A stretch of DNA of 64,000 nucleotides from Candidatus Nanopelagicales bacterium (GTDB taxonomy: Bacteria; Actinomycetota; Actinomycetes; S36-B12; UBA5976). The stretch lies in assembly GCA_018402365.1 (NCBI GenBank), contig JAGYJD010000005.1, positions 11,123 to 75,122 of the forward strand, written 5' to 3'. The translations under genes were made by a program, and so were the position numbers. Positions 1-10,393 of this stretch are shown piece by piece. The notes under the pieces are model-generated. The model searched no databases. It was not told the DNA's origin and saw only the letters and a program-made list of their open reading frames with translations. Position 1 is the stretch's first letter, and each line of letters begins with the position of its first letter.

Positions 1-689
1 GCAGCGAAAATGATGTCAGCACCTTGATCTAATTGCTTACGAGCTTCTTGTCCACCCCAAACTGGATTAGCAAAAGCATTATCCGCTGGTGGGTGGTAAA
101 CAGTTGTTACATCAACTGCTGAATTTGAAGCTTTTGCACCGGCTTCAAAACCTTTAGCAAACAATTGAACTGGAGCAATTTCTAAACCTAGAACTTGTCC
201 GAGTTTGTTTGTTTTGGTCATGAGTCCAGCTAAGTAACCTGCGGCGTATCCTGCTTGATCTTCTGGGAACATCAGACCGGTTACGTTAGGCAAAGTTTCG
301 CCTTGGAATTGATCCACCGCGATAAAGTGCACATCAGGGTATTGCTGGGCAGCGGCAACAGTTGCTTCAGCCATCAAGAAACCTACCGTGACGATTGCGT
401 CGTAGCTTTTATCAGTAAATTGCGCAATGTTATTTGCATAATCTTTGCTATCTACTGTTTCTACATACTTAGCAACTCCACCCAACTCTTCAGCTGCGGC
501 AAGTGCGCCTTCCCAAGCTGATTGGTTGAAGGACTTATCGTCAACTTTTCCAGTATCAGTGATTAAACCGATACAAAATACTTCAGCGTCAGCACAGTTT
601 GAATCATCTGCTTGATCCGCACCAGTACTACAAGCCGCTAGTACTAAAGCAAGAATTGAAATTCCTGCCGCGATACGTATGCGTCGCAT
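1..689 (-). CDS. BMP/PnrA-family nucleoside ABC transporter substrate-binding lipoprotein (runs off window start)
   Basis: Not in the ORF track. Manual translation from ATG 689 gives MRRIRIAAGISILALVLAAC (lipobox) ... IGLITDTGKVDDKSFNQSAWEG, the BMP signature. RBS GAAGGAG upstream. Confidence 0.9.
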   Translation of the reverse strand, partial: MRRIRIAAGISILALVLAACSTGADQADDSNCADAEVFCIGLITDTGKVDDKSFNQSAWEGALAAAEELGGVAKYVETVDSKDYANNIAQFTDKSYDAIVTVGFLMAEATVAAAQQYPDVHFIAVDQFQGETLPNVTGLMFPEDQAGYAAGYLAGLMTKTNKLGQVLGLEIAPVQLFAKGFEAGAKASNSAVDVTTVYHPPADNAFANPVWGGQEARKQLDQGADIIFA

Positions 690-848
690 TTATAAGTTCT
701 CCTTCTTTTATCCAGTTTCGATTTGAAGCGGGATATCTTAACTAATTACTGAAGGAAACATTACGCCTAAATTCGCACTTATTTGTTAACGGCAGGTCAA
801 ATTAAATCGTTGTGACAATCTTGTGATGTTACCTTTGTGACGAATGGT

Positions 849-2117
849 TCAGACGATACGTTCGAGCACTAATTTGCGAGGTTCTACCGGAGCTGGTGCA
901 ATTTGCGCGGCACCCACTAAAGCTTGCTCCGCGACTTGAAAACGTGATGGATCATCCACATGAATTTCAAAAATATTTTGACCCGCTTCTACTCTGTCCC
1001 CTTCTTTGACTAAACAAACAATTCCTGCAGTTTTGCTCACTTGATCTTCTTTTTTAGATCTGCCAGCACCCAAATGCCAAGCACTAAGTCCAACTTTCAA
1101 GGCATCTAAGTCAACTACGAAACCTGACTTATCAGCTACGAAATGTCTTATGTCTGTTGCCACCGGAACTTGATTTGTTAAATCCCCTCCTTGGGCTTTA
1201 ACCATTTGTTCCCACACATTTAAAGCCGCCCCATTATCGATGACCTCTTGTGGGTTTTTTTCTATTCCTGCTAACGACAACATTTCTTTTGCTAAAGTTA
1301 AAGTTAATTCTGTTAAATCTTTTGGACCTGTGCCTTTTAACACTTGGATTGACTCAGAGACTTCTAGCGCATTCCCCACCGCATTACCTAGCGGAGTATT
1401 CATTTGCGTTAGTAACGCAACGGTTTTTACCCCAGCATTGTTGCCAATTTTTACCATAGTTTCGGCCAATTCACGCGCCTGGGAAATATCCTTCATAAAG
1501 GCACCGCGACCAACTTTTACATCTAAAACTAAATTCGCTGTTCCTTCGGCGATTTTTTTGCTCATAATTGATGACGAAAGAAATGGAATGGATTCTACAC
1601 AACCAATAACGTCGCGAAAGGAATACATTTTGCGATCTGCTGGAACTAACTTGTCACCAGGTTGTGCGATAAATCCACCAATTTCATTTAATTGCTTTAT
1701 TAAATCTTGATTTGAAAGTTGCGCCTTCCAGCCAGTAATTGATTCCATTTTGTCGATTGTGCCACCGAAAGTTCCTAATCCTCTTCCACCTAATTGCGGC
1801 ACTGCTGCTCCACAAGCAGCCACGATCGGAACCAACGGCAATGAAATTTTGTCGCCCACCCCACCGGTGGAATGCTTATCTACGGTGGGTTTTAAAACTT
1901 GGCTTAAATCTAATCTTTCGCCCGAATCAATCATGGCTTTTACCCAGACATCTAATTCAGTTTCTTTCAGCCCGTTAAAAAATATCGCCATTAGCAAGGC
2001 ACCGGCTTGTTCATCTGGAATTTCATTTTTCGTGAACTTATCGATAAACCACTCAATTTGCTCTTTTGTGAGGCTTTTTTTATCACGTTTGGTAACAATG
2101 ATTTCAATCATGTTCAT
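849..2117 (-). CDS. deoA: thymidine/pyrimidine-nucleoside phosphorylase
   Basis: DKHSTGGVGDK, SIMSKK and LDVKVGRGAFM motifs. Start at ATG 2117 overlaps the upstream stop. Confidence 0.93.
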   Translation of the reverse strand: MNMIEIIVTKRDKKSLTKEQIEWFIDKFTKNEIPDEQAGALLMAIFFNGLKETELDVWVKAMIDSGERLDLSQVLKPTVDKHSTGGVGDKISLPLVPIVAACGAAVPQLGGRGLGTFGGTIDKMESITGWKAQLSNQDLIKQLNEIGGFIAQPGDKLVPADRKMYSFRDVIGCVESIPFLSSSIMSKKIAEGTANLVLDVKVGRGAFMKDISQARELAETMVKIGNNAGVKTVALLTQMNTPLGNAVGNALEVSESIQVLKGTGPKDLTELTLTLAKEMLSLAGIEKNPQEVIDNGAALNVWEQMVKAQGGDLTNQVPVATDIRHFVADKSGFVVDLDALKVGLSAWHLGAGRSKKEDQVSKTAGIVCLVKEGDRVEAGQNIFEIHVDDPSRFQVAEQALVGAAQIAPAPVEPRKLVLERIV

Positions 2118-2872
2118 CCGATTAACCACCCTGCATCTACCGTTAATATTTCACCAGTAATACCACTTGCACTTTCAGAAGCTAAGAATCTAACTGCGCT
2201 AGCAACTTCTTGCGCCTTAACGGGTCTAGCTAAAACGCTACGCTGGTTCCAAGCGCTTAAACCTTGGGGCCAATCTATTTCTAAATTCTCTCTGTCAATT
2301 AAACCGGATCTAACTGCATTAACTCGGATGCCACCTTTGGCAAATTCTTTAGCACTTGCTTTAGTAAAAGCTTCTAAGCCGGCTTTTGCGGCTGCGTAAT
2401 GAGAATGGTTCATAAACGGCGCTATTGCCTCTACTGATGAGATATTTATTATAGAACTGCTCGGCAGCATTTCACCGCTAGCGGCACGTGAGAGTGCTAC
2501 CGCTGAGCGCAGCGTGGCATTTTGCATAGCACTCCAATCCTCGCTATCCATCTCATTTATAGAAGAAAGAATTTGGTCAGCTGCATTATTAACTAAAATT
2601 GTAATGTCACCTAATTTGAATTTAACTTCTTTAATCAAGGCCTTACTAACTTCATCCACTTGGTCGGTTGAAAGATCAGCTTGAAAAACATGATGCGGAC
2701 CCGAATTTGCTGGTAAATGTTTGGCTGTCTCAAGCGCACCAGCTTCATCGCGAAAATAATGCACCGCCACACTGGCCCCCGCTGATGCTAATTCTTTAGC
2801 GAGCTCCCGACCCAAACCACCGCTGGCACCAGTTACCAGCGCTACGTGATTACTTAAATCAGCAAAGCTCAT
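2114..2872 (-). CDS. classical SDR family NAD(P)-dependent oxidoreductase
   Basis: TGASGGLG, NNA and YAAAK motifs. Confidence 0.9.
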   Translation of the reverse strand: MSFADLSNHVALVTGASGGLGRELAKELASAGASVAVHYFRDEAGALETAKHLPANSGPHHVFQADLSTDQVDEVSKALIKEVKFKLGDITILVNNAADQILSSINEMDSEDWSAMQNATLRSAVALSRAASGEMLPSSSIINISSVEAIAPFMNHSHYAAAKAGLEAFTKASAKEFAKGGIRVNAVRSGLIDRENLEIDWPQGLSAWNQRSVLARPVKAQEVASAVRFLASESASGITGEILTVDAGWLIG

Positions 2873-4164
2873 GTTTGATTCACTTTTTCTTTAGCGGTTT
2901 TCATAACTTCTTCAATTTTAACTTTAGTACTTTTTCTATCTTTAATCACAAGTTCACCGTCGACTATCACATGTTTGACATCACTTCTGCCAGCCGCATA
3001 AACCACCAAGGCCACCGGATCTCTCATTGGCGTCAGATGCGGTGCGTTTAAATCCAACATTATTAAATCGGCATATTTACCAACCTCGATAGAACCGAGC
3101 TCCTCACCCATTCCGATCGCCTTGGCCCCACCTTGCGTCGCGGCATAAATAATTTCGTCAACTGAAATTGCTTTGGGATCTGATTGCATCAGCTTTGCCA
3201 AGTTGGCAGCTAACCGCATGACGTTGAACATGTCTAAATCATTACTGCTGGAACAACCGTCGGTGCCCAAAGTTACATTAATTTGCGCTTTACGACTTGC
3301 CTGCCAATCAAATGCCCCACTCGCTAACTTCAGATTACTGCCGGGGCAGTGTGCCAAAGCAGCATTCTGCGTTTTAATCAGCGCCAAATCACCTTCGGTC
3401 AAGTGCACACTGTGACCTAATAGTGAATTTTTTAAGTTACCGCTATCAGCCAAAATTTGGGTGGGAGTTGCTTGAAAACGATTTAGCACATCTTCATTTT
3501 CTGCAAGGTTTTCAGAAACGTGGGTATGGATCCGGGCCTGAATCTTTTGAGCGATTTGAGAAATCTCTGCTAACTTTTCGGGCGAAACTGTATAAGTAGA
3601 GTGCGGCATCAAATACAGCGGAACTTTAGGCCCGCCAATCTCTTTAACCACTGCTGGCCAAACTTTTGCTTCGCTTATTCGCTCATCCCATTGCTTGTGA
3701 TCAGGCCCCGGAAACTCAAAAAATACCGGGCCATTGATGTGCCGCAAACCAACGTCTACTGCCCCTTGGTGAGTTTCACGCGGGTGCAGATACATATCAA
3801 CCGCGCAAGTTGTTCCAGACAGCAAAGCTTCTAAGGCACCAAGTCTGGCGCCAACTCGACAACCCTCAGCGTCCATAATGCGAGCTTCTTCCGCCCAAAC
3901 CTTTTCTAAAAACCCCTGCAGGTCAACATCCTCGGCCACACCCCTTAGTAACGTCATTGGTAAATGCGTATGGGTATTTATTAACCCAGGCATAACTAAT
4001 AGATCTGTCGCGTCAATTACTTCACTTGCGGTGCTCGTGGGCTGATGATTTTGAATTTGAACGATTTTATTTTTATCAATAAAAATATCTTGCGATTTTA
4101 AAATGGTTGCCTTGCTATCTACTGTAATTACGAAACTAGCGTTTTTTATTAATAAATCACTCAT
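2869..4164 (-). CDS. mtaD: 5'-methylthioadenosine/SAH deaminase-like amidohydrolase
   Basis: PGLINTHTH, HTHVSE, HCPGSNLKLASG and GTDG motifs. Adjacent to an MTI phosphorylase. Confidence 0.75.
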   Translation of the reverse strand: MSDLLIKNASFVITVDSKATILKSQDIFIDKNKIVQIQNHQPTSTASEVIDATDLLVMPGLINTHTHLPMTLLRGVAEDVDLQGFLEKVWAEEARIMDAEGCRVGARLGALEALLSGTTCAVDMYLHPRETHQGAVDVGLRHINGPVFFEFPGPDHKQWDERISEAKVWPAVVKEIGGPKVPLYLMPHSTYTVSPEKLAEISQIAQKIQARIHTHVSENLAENEDVLNRFQATPTQILADSGNLKNSLLGHSVHLTEGDLALIKTQNAALAHCPGSNLKLASGAFDWQASRKAQINVTLGTDGCSSSNDLDMFNVMRLAANLAKLMQSDPKAISVDEIIYAATQGGAKAIGMGEELGSIEVGKYADLIMLDLNAPHLTPMRDPVALVVYAAGRSDVKHVIVDGELVIKDRKSTKVKIEEVMKTAKEKVNQT

Positions 4165-4901
4165 TTACTACCTAATAACTTGATCGTTTCATCCAAAATC
4201 TTAATTACCTTTGCACCTGATTCTTTTATAATTGAATTTATTTCGTCGATAGTTATTACTGCCTCACTAAGCCCTGCGGCTGGATTAACTACCAAACTCA
4301 AAGCGGCATACCGTAGGCCCTTTTCGCAAGCCAAGGTAACTTCAGGCACGCCAGTCATGCCCACCACAGTTCCACCCAAAATCGAAGTCATTTTTATTTC
4401 GGCAGCACTTTCAAATCTGGGACCATCAAAGCAAGCGTAAACTCCACCGGTAAACACTTCAATGTTCACATTTTTTGCAGCTTGCTTTATCAGCTCGCGC
4501 AAATCTTTGTTATAAGCATTGGTTACTTCAGTATGAATCACTCCGTCTTGCCCATCGTAAAAAGTTGAGACACGATTTTTAGTGAAATCTAAAAAATCTT
4601 CTAAAATCTGCAATCCGCCCATAGGGATTTTTGGATCGACGCCCCCCACCACATTTACTGCCAGCACATCTTGTACACCAAAATCAACCAAGGCTTGAAT
4701 GTTGGCACGATAATTAACTTTGTGTGGTGGTAGCGAATGATCAGCTCCATGCCGAGTTAAAAAATAAACTTCTCGATTGTTCCAAGTACCATAAAAAGCT
4801 TTTGCCTTGCCAAATTCAGTCGAAACGACTTTTTCTTCAGGGTTTTCAAGATGATCAATTGAGTAAAACCCAGTGCCTGCAATTATCCCAATCGGCTTCA
4901 A
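4161..4901 (-). CDS. MTAP-family phosphorylase, probably S-methyl-5'-thioinosine phosphorylase
   Basis: RHG..H..PPH.VNYRANI, GPRFESAAE and VGMT motifs. VVNPAAG (Asn, 6-oxopurine type) replaces the VTDYD of MTAP. Confidence 0.8.
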   Translation of the reverse strand: MKPIGIIAGTGFYSIDHLENPEEKVVSTEFGKAKAFYGTWNNREVYFLTRHGADHSLPPHKVNYRANIQALVDFGVQDVLAVNVVGGVDPKIPMGGLQILEDFLDFTKNRVSTFYDGQDGVIHTEVTNAYNKDLRELIKQAAKNVNIEVFTGGVYACFDGPRFESAAEIKMTSILGGTVVGMTGVPEVTLACEKGLRYAALSLVVNPAAGLSEAVITIDEINSIIKESGAKVIKILDETIKLLGSK

Positions 4902-5290
4902 ACTAAATCCGTTCGATCAAAAGCGTAAGGAAATATCTCATTTAAAGTTTTTATTCCCGCTGCATGATCTATCAATAGTTCTGCTGCAGCATGTTCTTGC
5001 AGTAATTGGCGACACCTGCCACAAGGCATCAAGCGATCATCTTGCTCTCCGGTGCAAGTGAAGGCCACTAAGCGTCCACCGCCCGACTTTATTAATTCTG
5101 AAATCAATCCGCACTCAGCGCAGAGCGTGATGCCATAAGAAGCGTTCTCAACATTGCAGCCGCTAACTATTCGTCCGTCATCAACTAAGGCCGCCGCCCC
5201 AACTGGAAACTTTGAGTAGGGCGCATAAGCGCGTTCCATCGCTTTTTTGGCTTCACTTCTTAATAGTGACCAATTAATATCTACCGCCAT
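4898..5290 (-). CDS. cdd: cytidine deaminase
   Basis: AYAPYSKFPVGAA, NVENASYG, CAE and PCGRCRQ motifs. Start revised to ATG 5290, with TAATCT 7 nt upstream. Confidence 0.93.
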   Translation of the reverse strand: MAVDINWSLLRSEAKKAMERAYAPYSKFPVGAAALVDDGRIVSGCNVENASYGITLCAECGLISELIKSGGGRLVAFTCTGEQDDRLMPCGRCRQLLQEHAAAELLIDHAAGIKTLNEIFPYAFDRTDLV

Positions 5291-5347
5291 GGAATGTAGA
5301 TTACGCCTGCTTCTGCCTAACTTGGGTTTTAGAGGCAGAATAGCGTT

Positions 5348-6328
5348 ATGAATCAACTCGAAACTGACCTTTTAATTGTTGGCGCCGGCCCCTCAGGTAT
5401 CTATGCCGCCTACTACGCAGGATTTCGCGGGCTTTCTACCGTGGTGATGGATAGCTTGGAAGAAGCCGGCGGACAAATCACTGCCATGTACCCCGAAAAA
5501 TTGATTTTTGACGTGGCTGGGTTTCCTGGCATCAAAGGTAAGGATTTAATAAAAAATCTAATGCAACAAGCTGGGGTATTTAACCCCACATTTGTGTTAG
5601 ATGAGACCGCCTCTGAGTTAATAAAACATTCAGATGGAACTTTTACGGTAAAAAGTGAAAATCATGAAATTTTAGCGAAAGCCATCATCATTACTGGTGG
5701 AATCGGTAAGTTCACACCCCGTCCTTTGCCAGCGGCAGCTGATTGGCACGGTAAAGGTGCGGTTCACTTTGTGCCACATTTTGAATTGCATAAAGATGAG
5801 GACATAGTGATTGTGGGTGGTGGTGACTCGGCTTTTGACTGGGCGCTAGCACTACATCCAATCGCAAAAAGCGTTTCGTTAGTACATCGACGAGATGCTT
5901 TTAGAGCTCACGAAGCGTCAGTAGCCCAGGTGAAAGAACTGGGCGTCAAATTTTATTTAGAGAGCGAAGTTAGTGAAGTTTTTGGCGACGAAAAAATTAA
6001 ACAAGTAGCCATAAAAAACATAAAAAGTGATGAAGTAACCACCATTGCAGCTGACACTTTAGTTGCGGCATTAGGTTTCACTGCCAATATTGGACCTTTG
6101 GTGGAATGGGGTTTGGAATTAGAAAAACGTCGAATTGTGGTGGATACCTCAATGATGACCAATATTGACAAAATTTTTGCTGCTGGTGATATTTCTACTT
6201 ACCCAGGCAAGGTGGCTCTAATCTCAGTTGGCTTTGGTGAAGCTGCTACCGCTGTTAATAACGCTGCCGTTGCGATAAACCCAAGTGCTCATTTGTTCCC
6301 TGGACACTCAACTGGAAGCGTTGATTAA
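5348..6328 (+). CDS. TrxR-like ferredoxin--NADP+ reductase (YumC type)
   Basis: GAGPSG, GGQITAMYPEK and GGGDSAFDWA motifs, no CxxC, C-terminal FPGHST. Confidence 0.85.
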   Translation: MNQLETDLLIVGAGPSGIYAAYYAGFRGLSTVVMDSLEEAGGQITAMYPEKLIFDVAGFPGIKGKDLIKNLMQQAGVFNPTFVLDETASELIKHSDGTFTVKSENHEILAKAIIITGGIGKFTPRPLPAAADWHGKGAVHFVPHFELHKDEDIVIVGGGDSAFDWALALHPIAKSVSLVHRRDAFRAHEASVAQVKELGVKFYLESEVSEVFGDEKIKQVAIKNIKSDEVTTIAADTLVAALGFTANIGPLVEWGLELEKRRIVVDTSMMTNIDKIFAAGDISTYPGKVALISVGFGEAATAVNNAAVAINPSAHLFPGHSTGSVD

Positions 6329-8392
6329 CTACATATCGATTCGAGAGTGATCTAGCTTTTCTGCGCCATGCACAATGAATTCTTTTCTTGGCGCCACATC
6401 AGAGCCCATCAATAAGTCAAAGACCTCACCCACATTATCGATATCACTTACTGTGATGCGTCGTAACGTTCTAGAGCTGCGATCCATCGTGGTATCTCTG
6501 AGTTGTTTGGCGTCCATTTCGCCCAAACCTTTATAGCGCTGAATTGGCTGCTTGATTTTGCCACCAGATTTTTCAATATCTTTAACTACCCGAGTCATTT
6601 CTTCATCACTATAGGTATAAATCACTTCATTGGGCTTTTTGCCGTGTCCAATTACTTCAATTCGGTGCAAGGGTGGAACCGCCGCAAAAACTCTTCCTTC
6701 ATCAAGTAGCGGACGCATGTACTTATGAAACAAAGTCAGTAGCAAAGTTCTAATATGCGCGCCATCTACGTCGGCGTCACTCATCAGAATGATTTTGCTA
6801 TAACGCACGCTTTCTAAATCAAAAGTTCTTCCAGAGCCACCACCGATCACTGAAATGATAGAGGTGCACTCATTATTTTTTAACACATCAGCAATAGAAG
6901 CTTTTTGTACATTTAATATTTTTCCGCGAATTGGTAGCAAGGCCTGAAATTCACTGTTGCGAGCAAGTTTGGCAGTACCCAGCGCACTATCGCCCTCAAC
7001 AATAAAGAGTTCGGAATTCTCAACTTCGTTAGTGCGACAATCCGCCAACTTGGCTGGCAAAGATGATGATTCAATCGCGTTTTTACGTCGTTGCACATCG
7101 CGCGAAGCTCTAGCAGCAATGCGGGCACGTGCTGCGTTGGCAATTTTTTCTAAAAGTAATTTAGTTTTTGCCTTATCGCCGCGCGGGGGGTTTTTAAACC
7201 ACTCATTCATTTCTTTGGTTACCACATTGGCCACGATTTTGGCAGCCTCAGGGGTTCCTAAGATTTCTTTGGTTTGACCTTCAAATTGTGGCTCAGGTAA
7301 GCGCACGCTAACTATCGCCACTAACCCTTCCATCAAATCATCTTTAGTAACGCTGTCTTCTGAAGGCTTAAGTATTTTTTGGCTTTTAAGTTGATCGTTA
7401 ATTACTTTGACAATCGCACGTTCAAAACCAGTTACGTGGGTTCCCCCTTTTGGAGTTGCCACTACGTTCACAAAGGATTTCATTTCGGTGTCATAACCAT
7501 TACCCCAGCGCAAGGCAATGTCTACTGACATTTCGCGCTCTAATTCACGCGGCACCATATGTCCCTCGTCGTCAAGTACCGGAACATTTTCCACAAAATT
7601 TCCAGTGCCCACTAAACGGATAATGCTGGTGATGGCCTCATCGTTTGCTAAGTGCTCAACAAACTCGGCAATGCCACCTTTAAATTTATAAGTTACTTCT
7701 GTTGGCTCAGCATCGCGTAAATCTTTAACACTTACGCTCAATCCTGGCACCAAAAATGCGGTTTGCCGGGCCCGCTGCATTAAGGCTGCCGCATCAAGAT
7801 GCAAGTCCTTTACAAAAATTTCTGGATCTGGCCAGAATCTAACTCGGGTTCCGGTGTGATACTCACTTTTAGTTTTTCTAACCGGCTTTAAGCTGCCGCC
7901 CTTGGTAAAGGTGGCGTTAGCACCGGGTTTATTCCAAGTTCCGGTATGGCCCCGCTTAAAGCTAATGGCGTGAGTTTTACCGCCCCGATCTACTTCTACA
8001 TCCATCCGCACACTCAGCGCGTTTACTACTGAGGCACCTACTCCGTGTAAACCACCAGAGGCTGTGTAGGAGCCAGAGCCAAACTTTCCGCCAGCGTGTA
8101 ATTTGGTCATAACTAACTCAACACCGCTTAACTTTGACTTTGGTTCAATGTCCACCGGAATACCGCGACCGTCGTCCTCAACTAAAACCGAACCGTCGTC
8201 ATGCAATAAAACCGAAATATTTTTAGCTTGACCCGCTAAAGCCTCATCTACCGCGTTATCGATCAACTCCCACACGCAGTGCATCAAGCCACGGCCGTCG
8301 GTAGAGCCGATATACATACCTGGGCGTTTGCGAACGGCGTCTAAACCCTCGAGAACCGATAAATCTTTTGCGTCGTAAGAGGCCTTGGCCAA
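6329..8392 (-). CDS. parE: type IIA topoisomerase subunit B (topoisomerase IV B-like)
   Basis: LEGLDAVRKRPGMYIG, EGDSALG, DADVDG and QRYKGLGEM motifs. Position near the principal sigma factor matches the actinobacterial topo IV B locus. Confidence 0.85.
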   Translation of the reverse strand: MAKASYDAKDLSVLEGLDAVRKRPGMYIGSTDGRGLMHCVWELIDNAVDEALAGQAKNISVLLHDDGSVLVEDDGRGIPVDIEPKSKLSGVELVMTKLHAGGKFGSGSYTASGGLHGVGASVVNALSVRMDVEVDRGGKTHAISFKRGHTGTWNKPGANATFTKGGSLKPVRKTKSEYHTGTRVRFWPDPEIFVKDLHLDAAALMQRARQTAFLVPGLSVSVKDLRDAEPTEVTYKFKGGIAEFVEHLANDEAITSIIRLVGTGNFVENVPVLDDEGHMVPRELEREMSVDIALRWGNGYDTEMKSFVNVVATPKGGTHVTGFERAIVKVINDQLKSQKILKPSEDSVTKDDLMEGLVAIVSVRLPEPQFEGQTKEILGTPEAAKIVANVVTKEMNEWFKNPPRGDKAKTKLLLEKIANAARARIAARASRDVQRRKNAIESSSLPAKLADCRTNEVENSELFIVEGDSALGTAKLARNSEFQALLPIRGKILNVQKASIADVLKNNECTSIISVIGGGSGRTFDLESVRYSKIILMSDADVDGAHIRTLLLTLFHKYMRPLLDEGRVFAAVPPLHRIEVIGHGKKPNEVIYTYSDEEMTRVVKDIEKSGGKIKQPIQRYKGLGEMDAKQLRDTTMDRSSRTLRRITVSDIDNVGEVFDLLMGSDVAPRKEFIVHGAEKLDHSRIDM

Positions 8393-8566
8393 AATTGTCT
8401 TCCTAACCTGTCTTTTTACCTATTATTCGCTACTTTTCACCATGGAATAGATTAGGCACGCAGTAGGTTGTAAGTAATGCATATCACCGACACTCCCCCT
8501 CGGTTACGAGTTGCGAGGCGGGTAAATGTAAGGATGATGTACTTATACCAAGGAGAGGCTTGAAAA

Positions 8567-8767
8567 GTGAACACATTGACGCAAGGCACTAAGTTAACCG
8601 CCAGCGATCGCTGTGACCGTTGTGGAGCCCAAGGCTATGTAAAGGTCACCTTGGCAAGTGGTGGCACCCTAATTTTCTGTGGACACCATGCCCGCAAGCA
8701 CGAAGAAAAGCTTCGCTCAATCGCTACTGAATATGTAGACGAAACCGAAAAGCTTTCTAAGAATTAA
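8567..8767 (+). CDS. small conserved actinobacterial zinc-ribbon-like protein
   Basis: DRCDRCGAQ...FCGHH motif, RBS AGGAGAGG, and the usual position between topo IV B and sigA. Confidence 0.8.
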   Translation: MNTLTQGTKLTASDRCDRCGAQGYVKVTLASGGTLIFCGHHARKHEEKLRSIATEYVDETEKLSKN

Positions 8768-8770
8768 TTT

Positions 8771-10297
8771 TTAGTCTAAATAATCTCTTAAGACCTGTGA
8801 GCGAGATGGATGTCTCAACTTGCTCATGGTCTTAGATTCAATCTGACGAATTCGCTCTCTAGTAACCCCATAGACATGTCCAATTTCATCTAAAGTTTTT
8901 GGCTGTCCGTCGGTTAAACCGAAACGCATTCTCACAACTCCCCGCTCGCGCTCACTCAATGTGTCTAAGACGCTTTCGAGTTGCTCTTGCAAAAGTGTAA
9001 ATGAAACTGCATCACTAGGAACAATTGCTTCTGAATCTTCAATAAGATCACCAAATTCGCTATCCCCATCTTCACCTAGTGGGGTGTGAAGTGAGATTGG
9101 TTCGCGACCATACTTTTGAACCTCGACAACTTTTTCAGGAGTCATATCAAGCTCGCGGGCTAATTCTTCTGGCGTGGGTTCGCGGCCAAGGTCTTGCAAC
9201 ATTTGTCTTTGCACCCGAGCCAACTTATTGATCACTTCAACCATGTGAACCGGAATACGAATAGTTCTAGCCTGATCAGCCATCGCTCTAGTAATTGCTT
9301 GACGAATCCACCAAGTGGCATAGGTAGAGAATTTGTAACCTTTGGTGTAGTCGAATTTTTCAACCGCACGAATCAAACCTAGGTTTCCTTCTTGGATTAG
9401 ATCTAAAAAGAGCATTCCGCGCCCGGTGTAACGCTTAGCTAGCGAAACCACCAAGCGTAAGTTTGCTTCAAGTAGGTGATTTTTTGCTCGATGACCGTCT
9501 TCAGCGATCCACCCGAGATCCTTTAAAAACTTTTTATCTTTAATTCCGCCACTATCAAGTTTTTCTTCGGCGAATAGTCCAGCTTCGATGCGCTTGGCTA
9601 GGACCACCTCGTCTTCTGCGTTTAGCAGGGCAACTTTTCCGATTTGTTTTAAATAATCTTTTACTGGATCTGCGGTGGCTCCCGCTTGGGTAACTTGCTG
9701 AATTGGCTCATCAGCATCGTCGGTATCAGAAATAGTAAAGGCGTCAGTTTCATCGACCCGAGAGCCAACTGCCACTTCATCTTCTTTGTCAATGATTTCC
9801 AGCTCTTCAGCCAGATCTGCTTCTGCTTCTGCTTCAACAACCGCAATCGCAGCTAATTCTTTGGGATCTACCTCTTCAACCTCTTCGACCGATACCAGTT
9901 CGCCATCTACTAAAATTACTTTGGCAAATTTGCCATCTTTACCTTTTTTGCCTTTTTCTACTGGAGCACCTTTAGCAACTTTTTTAGCGGGTTTAGCGGC
10001 TACTTTTTTAGCAGGCTTTTTTTCAGCAACTTTTTTAGTTGTCTTTTTCTTAACTGCTTTTTTAGCCGGTTTAGCGGCAGATTTTTTACTAGCGGCTTTT
10101 TTAGCTACCGGCTTCGCTTTAGGTTTTGGTTTCTCCACAACTTTTTTTGCAGGCGCTTTTTTAGCTACCGGCTTGGCTTTAGGTTTTGGCTTTTCTGCAG
10201 CTTTTTTTGCAGGCGCTTTTTTCGCCACTGGTTTTGCCTTTGGTTTTTCGATAACCGGCTTCGCTTTAGGTTTTGGTTTTTCTACAGTTTTAGCCAC
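8771..10297 (-). CDS. sigA: principal RNA polymerase sigma factor (SigA/HrdB)
   Basis: [30 protein letters not shown] and TRERIRQIE motifs. Confidence 0.96.
   Translation of the reverse strand: MAKTVEKPKPKAKPVIEKPKAKPVAKKAPAKKAAEKPKPKAKPVAKKAPAKKVVEKPKPKAKPVAKKAASKKSAAKPAKKAVKKKTTKKVAEKKPAKKVAAKPAKKVAKGAPVEKGKKGKDGKFAKVILVDGELVSVEEVEEVDPKELAAIAVVEAEAEADLAEELEIIDKEDEVAVGSRVDETDAFTISDTDDADEPIQQVTQAGATADPVKDYLKQIGKVALLNAEDEVVLAKRIEAGLFAEEKLDSGGIKDKKFLKDLGWIAEDGHRAKNHLLEANLRLVVSLAKRYTGRGMLFLDLIQEGNLGLIRAVEKFDYTKGYKFSTYATWWIRQAITRAMADQARTIRIPVHMVEVINKLARVQRQMLQDLGREPTPEELARELDMTPEKVVEVQKYGREPISLHTPLGEDGDSEFGDLIEDSEAIVPSDAVSFTLLQEQLESVLDTLSERERGVVRMRFGLTDGQPKTLDEIGHVYGVTRERIRQIESKTMSKLRHPSRSQVLRDYLD
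10090..10285 (-). repeat. about 60-bp imperfect tandem coding repeat ([18 protein letters not shown]) in the SigA N-terminus
   Basis: Repeated ttttttgcaggcgcttttt and ggctttaggttttgg units at 60-bp spacing. Confidence 0.85.
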
Positions 10298-10393
10298 TTA
10301 AATAAAAAGCCTTCCAACTCGTCACGTGCGAAAAGACCTGTCAAATCGGCAGGTCGTGCCCTTATTGTTGCATGAGCCGCCATACTCGCATCT

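Noticed and set aside
8471..8492. TGTCGG-N10-TACTTA upstream of topo IV B as a PafBC promoter
   Set aside because: The final T of the -10 is missing, and the site equally reads as GACAC for the divergent gene. Ambiguous.
9786..10301. 171-aa hydrophobic plus-strand ORF
   Set aside because: Antisense shadow of the Lys/Ala-rich SigA N-terminus.
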